A DNA stretch of 64,000 bases, taken from assembly GCA_965215195.1 (NCBI GenBank), contig CBDCDC010000002.1:1696001-1760000 (forward strand). Direction: 5' to 3'. The number at the start of each line of letters is the position of its first letter. Position 1 is the first letter of the stretch. The notes beneath the pieces are model-generated. The model was not told the DNA's origin. It saw nothing but the letters and a program-made list of their open reading frames with translations, and did not search any database. The position numbers and the translations under genes are program-made. Source of the DNA: Candidatus Latescibacterota bacterium. GTDB taxonomy: Bacteria; Latescibacterota; UBA2968; UBA8231. Of the stretch, positions 12,537-22,387 are shown piece after piece.

Positions 12537-13732
12537 CAGACACCTTGGCGCAAGATCTCGTCGAATACATCTACTGCCTCGTCGATGCGATCGCGCTCGA
12601 CGATCAGCGGCGGCAGGAAGCGCACCACATCGGCCCCGGCCGTGGCCACCAAAATGTCGCGCTGGCGGAAGGCGGCCAGATAGTCGGCGGCCGGTTGGCG
12701 GGTTACTGCGCCGGCGATCAGCCCTCTGCCGCGGATTTCGGCGATGTGCTCAGGCCAGCGCTGTTGCAGCTTTTGCAGGCGGCCAATCAGGTATTCGCCT
12801 TTTTCGCGCACCCCGTCGATAAAACCCGGCTCCAGCAGCTTGTCCAAGACCGCGGTCACCGCGGCGCAGGCCACCGGGTTGGCCCCGAACGTCGCAGCGT
12901 GGTCGCCGGCCTCAATGGCGTCGGCCACCTTCTGCCGCAAGAGCGCGACCCCGATCGGCAAGCCGCCGCCGAGGGCCTTGGCCAAGGTCATAATATCCGG
13001 CTCAACCTCGTATTGTTGATAGGCCCACAGCGATCCCAAGCGCCCGCACCCCACTTGGATCTCGTCGAAGACCAGCAGCATCTCCCGCTCGTCGCACAGG
13101 TGCCTCAGCCCGGTGAGAAATGCCCCAGTCGCCGCGTGGATCCCACCCTCGGCTTGCACCGGCTCAACCAAAATCGCGCAGGTCTGATCCGCGACCAGCG
13201 ACTCCACCGAGGCCAAATCGTTGAATCGGGCGAAGTCAATGCCCGGCAGCAACGGCTCAAACCCCTTGTGGTACTTGGGCTGGCCGGTCGTCGAGATAGA
13301 GCCATAGGTCCGCCCGTGAAAGGAATTTTCAAAGGCGATGAGGCGGTTTTTGGGCGGGTCGTGGGTGGTGTTGCCCCACTTGCGGCAGAACTTGAGCGTG
13401 GCCTCCCACGCCTCGGTGCCGCTATTGCAGAAGAACACCCGGTCGGCAAACGAGTGCTCAACCAGCCGCTGGGCCACCTCGACTGAGGGGATTGTGTGGT
13501 AGAGGTTGGACACGTGCATCAGTTTGGCGGCCTGGGCCTCAATGGCCTTGAGCACCTCGTAGTCGCCGTAGCCCAACGCGTTGACCGCCAAGCCGCTGAC
13601 AAAATCGAGATAGCGGTTGCCGTCCATGTCGAAGAGATAGACCCCATTGCCCCGCTCTAGCACGAACTCGGGCCGGCCGTAGGTCTGCAAAATGTACTGC
13701 GCCTCGCCCTTGATAATGTCTTGGGTTTTCAT
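12536..13732 (-). CDS. argD: Acetylornithine aminotransferase
   Basis: FFCNSGTEA, SFHGRT, EPVQAEGG, FDEIQVGCGR, PDIMTLAKALGGG. Start placed at MKTQDII (13732). Confidence 0.93.
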   Translation of the reverse strand: MKTQDIIKGEAQYILQTYGRPEFVLERGNGVYLFDMDGNRYLDFVSGLAVNALGYGDYEVLKAIEAQAAKLMHVSNLYHTIPSVEVAQRLVEHSFADRVFFCNSGTEAWEATLKFCRKWGNTTHDPPKNRLIAFENSFHGRTYGSISTTGQPKYHKGFEPLLPGIDFARFNDLASVESLVADQTCAILVEPVQAEGGIHAATGAFLTGLRHLCDEREMLLVFDEIQVGCGRLGSLWAYQQYEVEPDIMTLAKALGGGLPIGVALLRQKVADAIEAGDHAATFGANPVACAAVTAVLDKLLEPGFIDGVREKGEYLIGRLQKLQQRWPEHIAEIRGRGLIAGAVTRQPAADYLAAFRQRDILVATAGADVVRFLPPLIVERDRIDEAVDVFDEILRQGV

Positions 13733-13748
13733 GGTTTTCTCCGTCGTC

Positions 13749-14639
13749 CTACTGGACAATTTGGGTGCCAATGCCCTGCCGGGTGTAAAACTCGAGCAAC
13801 ATCGCATGCGGCACGCGCCCGTCGATGACGTGGGTTTTGCGCACACCAGCTTTGACGGACCTGACACAAGCTTCGACCTTGGGGATCATTCCGCCGCGGA
13901 TCACGCCTTGGTCAATCAGCGCGCTCACCTCAGAGACGCGCACGGTTGATAGCAGGGTCGCAGCGTCTGCGAGATCGCGCATAATGCCCTGTACGTCCGT
14001 CAAAAAAACCAATTTATCGGCGTACAGGGCCGCAGCGATTTCCCCGGCCGCCGTATCGGCATTGACGTTGAGGCTCTCGCCCTCCGGGCCGCGGCCAATC
14101 GGCGCAACCACCGGAATCATGCCCTTGTCTATCAAGGCCAACAAAGGCGCGGTATCCACGTGCGCGACATCGCCGACATAGCCGATGTCCACGGTGCCGC
14201 CATCGGTCGTCTGGGCCCAGTGCTTGCGCACCCGCATGATCCCGGCGTCTTTGGCCGAGACGCCCATGGCCCGCCCGCCCAACTCGCCAATCTCGCGGAC
14301 GATCTGCGCGTTGACCTCGCCAAAGAGCACATCCTCGACCACCTTCATCGTCGCCGCATCCGTCACCCGCAGCCCATTTACGTGCTGGCTTTCAATGCCC
14401 AGCTTTTGCAGGCGGCAGGTGATGGCCGGACCACCCCCGTGGACCACGACCGGAAAAATGCCGACCGCCTGCATGAAGACGATGTCCCTGTGTACAGTGT
14501 GCCCGCTGTCCATAGTGCTGCCGCCGTATTTGACGACCATCACTTTGCCGCGAAAATCCTGCAAATAAGGCAGGGCCTCGATCAGAGTCTCGGCTTTGTC
14601 AATCTGGGACTGCAAGCCCTGCAAGACCTCGGCGTCCAT
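13749..14639 (-). CDS. argB: Acetylglutamate kinase
   Basis: VVKYGGS, VVHGGGP, GLRVTD, NVNADTAA, LTDVQG, GGMIPKV; TGATG overlap with argR. Confidence 0.96.
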   Translation of the reverse strand: MDAEVLQGLQSQIDKAETLIEALPYLQDFRGKVMVVKYGGSTMDSGHTVHRDIVFMQAVGIFPVVVHGGGPAITCRLQKLGIESQHVNGLRVTDAATMKVVEDVLFGEVNAQIVREIGELGGRAMGVSAKDAGIMRVRKHWAQTTDGGTVDIGYVGDVAHVDTAPLLALIDKGMIPVVAPIGRGPEGESLNVNADTAAGEIAAALYADKLVFLTDVQGIMRDLADAATLLSTVRVSEVSALIDQGVIRGGMIPKVEACVRSVKAGVRKTHVIDGRVPHAMLLEFYTRQGIGTQIVQ

Positions 14640-15115
14640 CACTGCTCCTCGCCGCACACCGCGTTGATCTTATCGACTAGCTGGGCCGCATCTTGCTCGG
14701 AACGGGTGACGATAAAAATCGTATTCTCGCCGGCAAGCGTACCCGCAACCTCGGCCCAACCAATGCGATCAATGGCCTCACAGACGCTCTGGGCGTGCCC
14801 GGACGCGGTCCGCACCAGCACCATGTTGATCACCTGTTCGGTCTGGACCAAGAAGTCCTGCAACTCTCTCTCTAGAATGTGCAGGTCGCGCAGCGTAGCC
14901 CCGGCTTCGGGCAGCGTATAGCGAAATCCCCCATCGGCCTGCGGCACCCGGACCACGCCTATTTCGCGCAAGTCTTTCGACAAGGTAGATTGACTGACCT
15001 CAATGCCTTGTTGCTGGAGGACCTCGGCCAATTTCTCGTGCGTATCAACGGCTCTTCTGTAAAGCAGCTCCCGTATGCGGGTCTGCCGGATCTGTTTATT
15101 CTGTTTATTACGCAT
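14639..15115 (-). CDS. argR: Arginine repressor
   Basis: wHTH VSQSTLSKDLREIG; C-terminal GTLAGENTIFI; heads the arg operon. Confidence 0.93.
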   Translation of the reverse strand: MRNKQNKQIRQTRIRELLYRRAVDTHEKLAEVLQQQGIEVSQSTLSKDLREIGVVRVPQADGGFRYTLPEAGATLRDLHILERELQDFLVQTEQVINMVLVRTASGHAQSVCEAIDRIGWAEVAGTLAGENTIFIVTRSEQDAAQLVDKINAVCGEEQ

Positions 15116-15147
15116 AATTTATTATTTAATTGAAATAAAAATTGAAG
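15109..15147. promoter_or_regulatory. Putative tandem ARG boxes (ArgR operator)
   Basis: Two AT-rich 18-mers, TACGCATAATTTATTATT (15109-15126) and TTGAAATAAAAATTGAAG (15130-15147), 3 bp apart. Partial matches to WNTGMATWWWWATKCANW, lying between the promoter and the argR start. Confidence 0.55.
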
Positions 15148-15173
15148 TTAGATTGCCGCAGAGACTGTGTCAA
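15145..15173 (-). promoter_or_regulatory. Sigma70-type promoter of the arg operon
   Basis: TTGACA-N17-TAACTT on the minus strand. Confidence 0.7.
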
Positions 15174-15189
15174 GCAAGGCGCAGTCGCA

Positions 15190-16005
15190 CTACACTTCCG
15201 CGGCAACTGAGTCGATAGACACTTTGGTTCGGCCCGAGGCCATCTGCTCTTGTAGGCGCAATTTGAGTTGCCGGCGGTCCAGCCCCCGCCAAAAGACCCC
15301 GCCGATGGCCAGCGAAATGGTGCTGTTCTCCTCGGAGACGACGATGACTACCGCGTCCGATTCCCGCGATAGACCCAATGCCGCCCGATGGCGGGTTCCC
15401 AGCCGCTGGTCTTCGACCTCTTCCGCCAGAGGCAAAGTACAGCGGGCGGCCACCAAGCGCTCGCCTTGGATGACGACAGCTCGGTCGTGCAGCGGAGTGC
15501 GCGGGCTGAAGATCGTGGTCAGCAAATCGCCCGACACCTCTGAGTTTAGGCGCACCCCGGTCTCAATAACCGGCCTGATCTGAACTTGGCGCACCAGCAC
15601 GATCAGCGCTCCGTACCCCAAGTCGGCCAAGCGCTCAACCCCGCTGACGACCTCGTCAATGACCCGCGACGGCTCGGCCTTGTAAAACCAGCGGAACGCC
15701 GGGGTCTGGCCCAAGACTTGGAGGAGACGCCGTAGTTCGGGCTGAAAGAGGATGACTAGCAAGATTAGCAGAATGGAGCGCGCCTGCTCCAAAAGCCAAG
15801 ACAGGGCGTTCATATTGAGCCAAGGCGCGGCCAAGGCCACGAACACCATTAGCAGTAGCCCGACGACCATGTGCGCGGCTCGGGTTTCCTTGATCAGGGA
15901 GAGCAAACGAAAAAAAATAAAGCCCACCAGCAGGATATCCACCACAGAGGTCAGCGAGACAGGCAGAAAGCCAAAGAGGTGGAACAGAATCGGGTCTTTC
16001 AGCAC
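15190..16005 (-). CDS. cdaA: Diadenylate cyclase CdaA/DacA
   Basis: Three N-terminal TMs, FQPELRR, GALIV, PLHDRAVVI (usually DGA), LGTRHRAALG. GTG start at 16005. Confidence 0.9.
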   Translation of the reverse strand: MLKDPILFHLFGFLPVSLTSVVDILLVGFIFFRLLSLIKETRAAHMVVGLLLMVFVALAAPWLNMNALSWLLEQARSILLILLVILFQPELRRLLQVLGQTPAFRWFYKAEPSRVIDEVVSGVERLADLGYGALIVLVRQVQIRPVIETGVRLNSEVSGDLLTTIFSPRTPLHDRAVVIQGERLVAARCTLPLAEEVEDQRLGTRHRAALGLSRESDAVVIVVSEENSTISLAIGGVFWRGLDRRQLKLRLQEQMASGRTKVSIDSVAAEV

Positions 16006-16847
16006 GGCACTTGGCCCCGCACGGCCTCGACTAAGCGAACGGCCCGCAGCGTCGCGGCCACATCGTGGACCCGCAGCACGTGGACGCCCGCTCCAGCCGC
16101 GAGCGCGGCCGCGGCCAAGCTGCCCTCCAAGCTCTCGGCGGCCGAGAGCCCGAGCGTTTTCCATATAAAGGACTTGCGCGAAGCACCCACCACCAGCGGG
16201 CACTCCAAGCCCAAGAAGCGCTCTAGCATCCCCAATAAGGCGAGGTTGCCCTCCGGCGACTTGCCGAACCCCAAGCCCGGATCCACGGCCACGCGCTCAA
16301 CGCCTCGAGCTTGGGCCACGCGTACGCGCCCTTCTAGGAAGGCGTATACTGTCCCAAGCAAGTCGTCGTAGTGAGTATGCTGCTGCATGGTAGCCGCCGC
16401 GCCCCGGCGGTGCATCAGTACCACGGGGGCTTTGGCCTGTGCGGCGACCTCGGCCATAGCTGGATCGTGCCGCAGGGCGCTAATGTCGTTGATAATATCG
16501 GCGCCGGCCCCAAGGGCCCGGTGCGCCACCGCGGCCTTGACCGTATCGACCGAGATGGGCACATCGCTCTGGCGGCGGAGGCCCTCGACGACCGGGAGAA
16601 CTCGGGCGCATTCCTCGACGACCGAGACGTCTGCGGCGACCCCGTACAGCGGTGGCCGCGACGATTCGCCGCCTATATCGACAATCGCCGCCCCTTCCTC
16701 CACCATCTCCAAGCCGCGCTCCACCGCGGCCCTCGGCTCGCAGTAGCGGCCCCCGTCGTAAAACGAATCGGGCGTCACATTGAGGACGCCCATGAGCTGT
16801 ACTTGATTGCCAAAGTGGAGGGCGCGACCTCCCAACTCCCAGATCAC
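15999..16847 (-). CDS. folP: Dihydropteroate synthase
   Basis: MGVLNVTPDSFYDGG, DIGGESSRP, DPGLGFGK, GASRKSF, RVHDV. Confidence 0.96.
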   Translation of the reverse strand: MIWELGGRALHFGNQVQLMGVLNVTPDSFYDGGRYCEPRAAVERGLEMVEEGAAIVDIGGESSRPPLYGVAADVSVVEECARVLPVVEGLRRQSDVPISVDTVKAAVAHRALGAGADIINDISALRHDPAMAEVAAQAKAPVVLMHRRGAAATMQQHTHYDDLLGTVYAFLEGRVRVAQARGVERVAVDPGLGFGKSPEGNLALLGMLERFLGLECPLVVGASRKSFIWKTLGLSAAESLEGSLAAAALAAGAGVHVLRVHDVAATLRAVRLVEAVRGQVPC

Positions 16848-18781
16848 GCCCCATCCTCGTCGGTCAAGTCGCGCACCGGTTTGCGAGCGAGAGGCTCTCC
16901 GGCCAAGACCTGGTCGATCTCCGGGTCATCGAGGACCTCGTATGCGAGGAGGGCGCGGGCCAGCGAGTGCAGCTTGTCCTCGTTTTCCCCGAGGATGCGC
17001 AGCGCGGTTTCCTCGGCCTCCACCACTAACTTGCGGATCTCGCGATCGACGGCTTGGGCAGTCTCCTCGCTCAGGTGACGACTGCGGGTGAAGTCCTTGC
17101 CGAGAAAGACCTCGTCGTCGCCACCGCCCAGCGAGAGGGGGCCGAGATCTTCGTTCATACCCCAATCGCAGACCATCGAACGGGCCAAGCGCGTCACTTG
17201 CTGGTAGTCGCCTTGGGCTCCGGTTGAGCGCTCGGCAAAGATCAATTTCTCGGCTGTGCAACCGCCCAGCGCCGTGGCCAAGTGCGCCTTCAGCCGCGTC
17301 TCGGTCAGGGAACGCCGCTCGTCGGCCAGAAAGGAAACCATGCCCATGGCCTGCCCTCGCGGGATGATGGTGGCCTTGCCAATGGCCGGGCCGCCTTTGA
17401 GGCTCTTGGCGACCAAGGCGTGGCCCGCTTCGTGGTAGGCCGAAAGCCGCTGATCCTCCTCGGTCAGGACCATGCTGCGGCGCTCGGCTCCGAGCATCAC
17501 CTTGTCTTTGGCCGCTTCAAAGTCGCCCATGTCAACGGTCTTGCGATCGCGCCGCGAGGCCAGCAAGGCCGCTTCGTTGACCAAGTTCTCCAAATCGGCT
17601 CCAGAAAGCCCGGGCGTACCCTGTGCCACCTTTTGCAAATCGACGTCTGGGTCCAGCGGCACCTTGCGCACGTGGACTTTGAGGACGCCCTCCCGACCCC
17701 TGACGTCGGGCAGATCAACCACCACCCGGCGGTCGAAGCGGCCAGGCCGCAACAGGGCCGGGTCGAGTACGTCTGGGCGATTGGTCGCGGCGATGAGAAT
17801 GACGCCGTCGTTGGACTCAAAGCCGTCCATTTCTACTAGGAGCTGGTTGAGGGTCTGCTCGCGCTCGTCGTGGCCGCCGCCAATGCCCGCGCCGCGGTGG
17901 CGACCCACCGCGTCGATTTCATCGACGAAAATTAGGCACGGGGCATTGGCCTTGCCCTGTTCAAAGAGGTCGCGTACGCGCGAAGCCCCAACGCCGACGA
18001 ACATCTCGACGAAATCCGAGCCGCTAATCGAAAAGAAGGGCACGCCCGCTTCGCCGGCCACCGCGCGCGCCAAGTGCGTCTTGCCCGTACCGGGTGGCCC
18101 GACCATCAAGACGCCCTTGGGAATCCGCCCGCCGAGGCGCTGGAACCGGTGGGGATCCTTGAGAAATTCTATGATCTCCTCTAGCTCTTTCTTGGCCTCG
18201 TCGGCCCCGGCCACGTCGGCAAAGGTCGCCTTGTGCTTGTCTTCCAACAGGAGCTTGGCCCGACTTTTGCCAAAGGAAAACAGCCCGCGCGCACCGCCCT
18301 GCATCTGCCGCAACATGAATATCCAGAAGGCGATAAGCAGCAGCCACGGCAAAAAGCTTAAGAGGAAAGTGTACCAGCGGAAGGGTTCTTCCTCAAAGCG
18401 AAAATCGACCCCTTTTCCCCCCCATTCGCGCTTGGTCTCCGAGTCTATTGGCCCCAAGTTGACCACAAAGCGGGTCCCGTCGTGCAAGACGCCTTCGAAC
18501 TCGCGCTCGCCCACGATGACGGCCTCGGCGATGCGGCCATCCTCCAAGTACTGGCGGTATTCCTTGTAGGAGACGAGCTGAGGGTCGGAAGGTCTGCTGC
18601 CAAAGAACTTGGCGGCGAAGATCATCACCAACACAAAGAAGAGCCAAAACGCCTGGGCCCGCGAGGGGCGGCGCCAGCGGCGCGGCTTGTCTTCGCCGTC
18701 GGCCTGCTGGCGATCCGACCCACGGTCGTCCCTAAGGCGCGTGGGTCGCTCCTCCTCGTCCTGCTTTTTTCGTTCCTCCAT
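16844..18781 (-). CDS. ftsH: ATP-dependent zinc metalloprotease FtsH
   Basis: Two TMs, [41 protein letters not shown]. Confidence 0.98.
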   Translation of the reverse strand: MEERKKQDEEERPTRLRDDRGSDRQQADGEDKPRRWRRPSRAQAFWLFFVLVMIFAAKFFGSRPSDPQLVSYKEYRQYLEDGRIAEAVIVGEREFEGVLHDGTRFVVNLGPIDSETKREWGGKGVDFRFEEEPFRWYTFLLSFLPWLLLIAFWIFMLRQMQGGARGLFSFGKSRAKLLLEDKHKATFADVAGADEAKKELEEIIEFLKDPHRFQRLGGRIPKGVLMVGPPGTGKTHLARAVAGEAGVPFFSISGSDFVEMFVGVGASRVRDLFEQGKANAPCLIFVDEIDAVGRHRGAGIGGGHDEREQTLNQLLVEMDGFESNDGVILIAATNRPDVLDPALLRPGRFDRRVVVDLPDVRGREGVLKVHVRKVPLDPDVDLQKVAQGTPGLSGADLENLVNEAALLASRRDRKTVDMGDFEAAKDKVMLGAERRSMVLTEEDQRLSAYHEAGHALVAKSLKGGPAIGKATIIPRGQAMGMVSFLADERRSLTETRLKAHLATALGGCTAEKLIFAERSTGAQGDYQQVTRLARSMVCDWGMNEDLGPLSLGGGDDEVFLGKDFTRSRHLSEETAQAVDREIRKLVVEAEETALRILGENEDKLHSLARALLAYEVLDDPEIDQVLAGEPLARKPVRDLTDEDGA

Positions 18782-18807
18782 GACAGATGCTCTAGGTCAA
18801 GTCACGC

Positions 18808-20193
18808 CTAAAGGCGCGGTGAAGCACCGTCCCAGCGCCTCAGTGTACACAAGGCGATGCGGCGCGTAGTGGATTTTATTCTGAAGGCATGACTAGAACG
18901 CAGGGGCGCGACCCAAGCTATTTCCTCTCCCCGGGCCAGCACCAGCACTTCGTCGCGCGAGATTTTCGGCCACTTGGCGTCGATGAGAAAGTCGCTCACC
19001 TTTTTGTGCCCTTCCATGCCCAGCGGCTGAAAGCGATCGCCCGGCCGCAGGCTGCGCACTTGCACCCGCTCGCCGAGGCGATCCGCGTCTAAAGCCACCT
19101 GTGCGCCCCCTAACTGGGCCTTGTCGAAGTGCTCCGGGGAGACGACTTGGACGCGGATTTTCGCGCCGTGCTCTCTTAGCACCAGCGCGCCGGGTATGTC
19201 AAAACAGCGCGCGACCGGCGGCCGGCGGCCGCGACGCAGGATGTAGCGCGTACCGCAGCCCTGTCCCCTCAGCCTAGCACCCAGCACCCGCAGGCGCTTG
19301 TCGCCGGCCCCAATCCAGCCTCTCACCTGCTCAACGCGGGCAAAATCAAAAGGGCCCTCTGCGGCGGCGAGGCCCTGGAGCACAGCGCGCAACACGCGCC
19401 GTTGCACGGCTATATGATAAGCGAGAAGCCTAGTACTATCAAGGGCTACCTTGTCGTTGCAACGCTCACAAACCACTGTATCTAAAGCCTCTTGGGTTAG
19501 CTCGGCGAGCAGGTCGTCCTCGGCCTTGAGAAGCGCGGCCGTGCGATTTAGAACCTCGGCGATGTTAGGATTATAGCTCTTGAGCAAGGGCATTAGTTCC
19601 CGGCGCACCCGATTGCGCAAAAAGCGCGAGTCGCGGTTGGAGGGGTCCTCTCGGTAGCGCAAGCCCCGCTGGTGCGCGTATTTTTCGATTTCAGCGCGCC
19701 GCACCCGCAGCAGCGGCCGCAGATAGCGGCCCTCGCGCACAATCTCCATCCCCCCTAAGCCGGTGGCACCGCTGCCGCGCAACAGGCGCAAGATCACGGT
19801 CTCGGCTTGGTCGTCGGCGTGGTGCCCCAAGGCGATGAATTCGGCCCCGACTTGGCCGGCGACTTGGTCGAGAAAGGCGTAGCGCTGCCGCCGACCTGCT
19901 TCCTCCAGCGACAGGCCTTCGGTTCGGGCGTAAGCCCCCACGTCGCGTCGCTCTGTCGAGCAGGGCAGTCCGCGCCGCTTTGCCTCGTCGGCGACAAAGC
20001 GGCTGTCGGCCGCCGAATTCGGACGCAGCGCGTGGTCCAAGTGCGCCACGTGCAACTGGTATCCTAGGCCATCCAAGACATCGAGCAGCACGGTCGAATC
20101 GACGCCGCCCGACGCAGCGATGACTACGCCGGCACCGGCCTCCAATCCTGCCTCCTGTAGCACTTGCCGCACCCTAGCGACTATGGCTTCCAT
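18808..20193 (-). CDS. tilS: tRNA(Ile)-lysidine synthetase
   Basis: SGGVDS PP-loop, HLDHALR, GHHADDQAET, RNRVR. Confidence 0.95.
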   Translation of the reverse strand: MEAIVARVRQVLQEAGLEAGAGVVIAASGGVDSTVLLDVLDGLGYQLHVAHLDHALRPNSAADSRFVADEAKRRGLPCSTERRDVGAYARTEGLSLEEAGRRQRYAFLDQVAGQVGAEFIALGHHADDQAETVILRLLRGSGATGLGGMEIVREGRYLRPLLRVRRAEIEKYAHQRGLRYREDPSNRDSRFLRNRVRRELMPLLKSYNPNIAEVLNRTAALLKAEDDLLAELTQEALDTVVCERCNDKVALDSTRLLAYHIAVQRRVLRAVLQGLAAAEGPFDFARVEQVRGWIGAGDKRLRVLGARLRGQGCGTRYILRRGRRPPVARCFDIPGALVLREHGAKIRVQVVSPEHFDKAQLGGAQVALDADRLGERVQVRSLRPGDRFQPLGMEGHKKVSDFLIDAKWPKISRDEVLVLARGEEIAWVAPLRSSHAFRIKSTTRRIALCTLRRWDGASPRL

Positions 20194-20274
20194 AGCGTCG
20201 TTCCCATCGCGCAAAAACAGAAATTTCCCCTGCGCAAGTAATGGGGAAAGGCAAATTAGACGAAGAGATGCCCC

Positions 20275-20305
20275 TTGACAAATGAACTAATGTGCAGTAT
20301 ATAAT
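20275..20305 (+). promoter_or_regulatory. lexA promoter with embedded SOS-box candidate
   Basis: TTGACA (20275-20280) and TATAAT (20300-20305); GAAC-TAAT-GTGC at 20284-20295 between them. Confidence 0.65.
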
Positions 20306-20352
20306 TTCAGGTTCGCTTTCATCTTTCTTCCCTAAGTTATGGAGATACCCTC

Positions 20353-20979
20353 ATGCCCAAGCCCCTAACCGAGCGCCAACAGGCGATTTACGACTTCATC
20401 GCCCATGCCATTCGCGCCGGGGGTCCGCCCACCATCCGCGAGATCATGGATGTCTTTGGAATCAACTCCACCAATGGCGTCCGCACCACCTTGGAGACTT
20501 TAGAGAAAAAGGGCTACATCCGCCGCCGGGCGCGTCGCTCCCGGGGCATAGAACTCGTCGATTACGTCAGGCCCGCCGTCCTTTCCGCCGACCTGCGCGA
20601 AGTGCCCCTCATTGGCCGGGTCGCCGCCGGCACCCCCATCCTCGCCACCCAGAACATCGAGAACACGCTCAACGTCGATGCATCGCTCGTTCCCGCTTCG
20701 GGCGACGTCTTCGCGCTGCGCATCCACGGCGAGAGCATGTGCAACGCCGGGATTCTCGACGGCGACATCGTCATAGCGCGCCAGCAAGACCGCGCCGAGC
20801 GCGGCGATATCGTCGTCGCGCTGCTCGGGGATGAGGCCACAGTCAAGCGCTATGCTCCCGACCCGGACAGCATCCGGCTCCTGCCCGAAAACGAGGCGTT
20901 CGACCCCATCGTCGTCCAGCCCGACGCCGACGGGTTCAGCATCGCCGGCAAAGTGGTGGGCCTCATGCGCCGCTTCTAA
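20353..20979 (+). CDS. lexA: SOS repressor LexA
   Basis: LTERQ..PPTIREI wHTH, VAAG cleavage site, GESM (Ser), TVKR (Lys). Confidence 0.96.
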   Translation: MPKPLTERQQAIYDFIAHAIRAGGPPTIREIMDVFGINSTNGVRTTLETLEKKGYIRRRARRSRGIELVDYVRPAVLSADLREVPLIGRVAAGTPILATQNIENTLNVDASLVPASGDVFALRIHGESMCNAGILDGDIVIARQQDRAERGDIVVALLGDEATVKRYAPDPDSIRLLPENEAFDPIVVQPDADGFSIAGKVVGLMRRF

Positions 20980-20990
20980 GGTGCGCTCAG

Positions 20991-22319
20991 GTGGATGCTG
21001 CTTTGCGGCGCGTCCACGCGCGCGCCATTTTCGCCGCCGGGGTCGCGGCCGCTGATCCCGGCCGTTGCGTTCACCAAGCCCTCGCGGTCGCCGGCGGTGA
21101 GTTGCGCTGTGGCCCGCTCCACTTTCCCCTCAATGCCATTTCCAGCCTGCGCCTAGTCGGTGCCGGCAAGGCGGCCGCGGCCATGGCCGCGGCCGCCGAA
21201 TCAATCCTCGGCGACCGCATTGACTGCGGGGCCATCAACACTAAGTACGGCCACGCCCTGCCGTTGGCGCGGGTCAAGACCTTTGAAGCCGGGCACCCGG
21301 TCCCAGACCAAGCCGGCGTGGCCGGTACGCACCGCCAACTCGCGCTGCTAGCGGGCTTGGCTCCCGACGCGCTGGTTCTCGGCCTCTTCTCCGGCGGCGG
21401 CTCGGCCCTGCTGCCTGCCCCAGCCGAGGGCCTGACCCTCGCAGAAAAGCAAGAAACCACCCGCCTCCTGCTCGCCTGCGGCGCGACCATCGACGAAATC
21501 AACGCCCTGCGCAAACACCTCTCGGCCATCAAGGGCGGCCTGCTCGCCCGCGCGGCCGCACCCGCCCGCATCGTCGCCCTCATGCTCTCGGACGTCATCG
21601 GCGACCCCCTCGACACCATTGCCTCCGGCCCGACCCACCCAGACGCCACGACCTTTGGCGATTGCCTAGCGATCGTCGATCGCTACGACCTGCGCCACCA
21701 GCTCCCCTCCTCAGTCCTTCAGCACCTCGAAGCTGGTACCCGAGGGAAGCGGCCGGAAACCCCCAAACCCGGGGATCCTTGCTTTGCCTGCGCCGAGAGC
21801 TTGGTCATTGGCAACAGCCGCTTGGCCATTGACGCGGCCGCGCACAAAGCCCGTGCGCTCGGCTACGAGGTGCTCGTCCTCACCAGCCGCTTGCAGGGCG
21901 AGGCGCGCCAAGCCGCGGCCGCGTTGGTCGCCATCGCCCAAGAAATTGCGGAGGCCGACCGCCCCATCGCCCGGCCCGCCTGTCTCATCGCCGGCGGTGA
22001 GACGACCGTCACCTTGCGCAACGACGGCAAGGGCGGGCGCAACCAAGAATTGGCCTTGGCCGCGGCCCTGCAGCTCAACGGTTGGCCCGCCATCACCCTG
22101 CTCTCCGGCGGCACCGACGGCACCGATGGCCCCACCGACGCTGCCGGTGCCCTAGCCGACGGCCAGACCTTGAGCCGCGCCCGCGCCGAGGGCCTCAACG
22201 CCCGTGCCTTCCTCGATCGCCACGACTCCTATCCCTTCTTCGCGGCGTTGGACGACCTCGTCATCACCGGCCCTACGGGCACCAACGTCATGGATCTGCA
22301 AATCGTCCTCATAGCCTGA
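20991..22319 (+). CDS. Glycerate 2-kinase (MOFRL/GckA/TtuD family)
   Basis: GAGKAA, GHPVPD, SGGGSAL, SDVIGD, GGETTV, GGRNQE, TDGTDGPT, TGPTGTNVMD. Confidence 0.92.
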   Translation: MDAALRRVHARAIFAAGVAAADPGRCVHQALAVAGGELRCGPLHFPLNAISSLRLVGAGKAAAAMAAAAESILGDRIDCGAINTKYGHALPLARVKTFEAGHPVPDQAGVAGTHRQLALLAGLAPDALVLGLFSGGGSALLPAPAEGLTLAEKQETTRLLLACGATIDEINALRKHLSAIKGGLLARAAAPARIVALMLSDVIGDPLDTIASGPTHPDATTFGDCLAIVDRYDLRHQLPSSVLQHLEAGTRGKRPETPKPGDPCFACAESLVIGNSRLAIDAAAHKARALGYEVLVLTSRLQGEARQAAAALVAIAQEIAEADRPIARPACLIAGGETTVTLRNDGKGGRNQELALAAALQLNGWPAITLLSGGTDGTDGPTDAAGALADGQTLSRARAEGLNARAFLDRHDSYPFFAALDDLVITGPTGTNVMDLQIVLIA

Positions 22320-22349
22320 AAACCGCCCCCTGCGGGAGCTTTTGTGCGC

Positions 22350-22378
22350 TTGACACTCGGCCACCCTTCCGCTAGCTT
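22350..22378 (+). promoter_or_regulatory. Sigma70-type promoter, probably near-leaderless transcript
   Basis: TTGACA-N17-TAGCTT ending 9 bp before ATG 22388; no obvious Shine-Dalgarno. Confidence 0.6.
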
Positions 22379-22387
22379 CTTGTATCC

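Noticed and set aside
22319-22344. Terminator after the glycerate kinase gene
   Set aside because: Stem is only 5/6 bp with a short U-tract; too weak to call.
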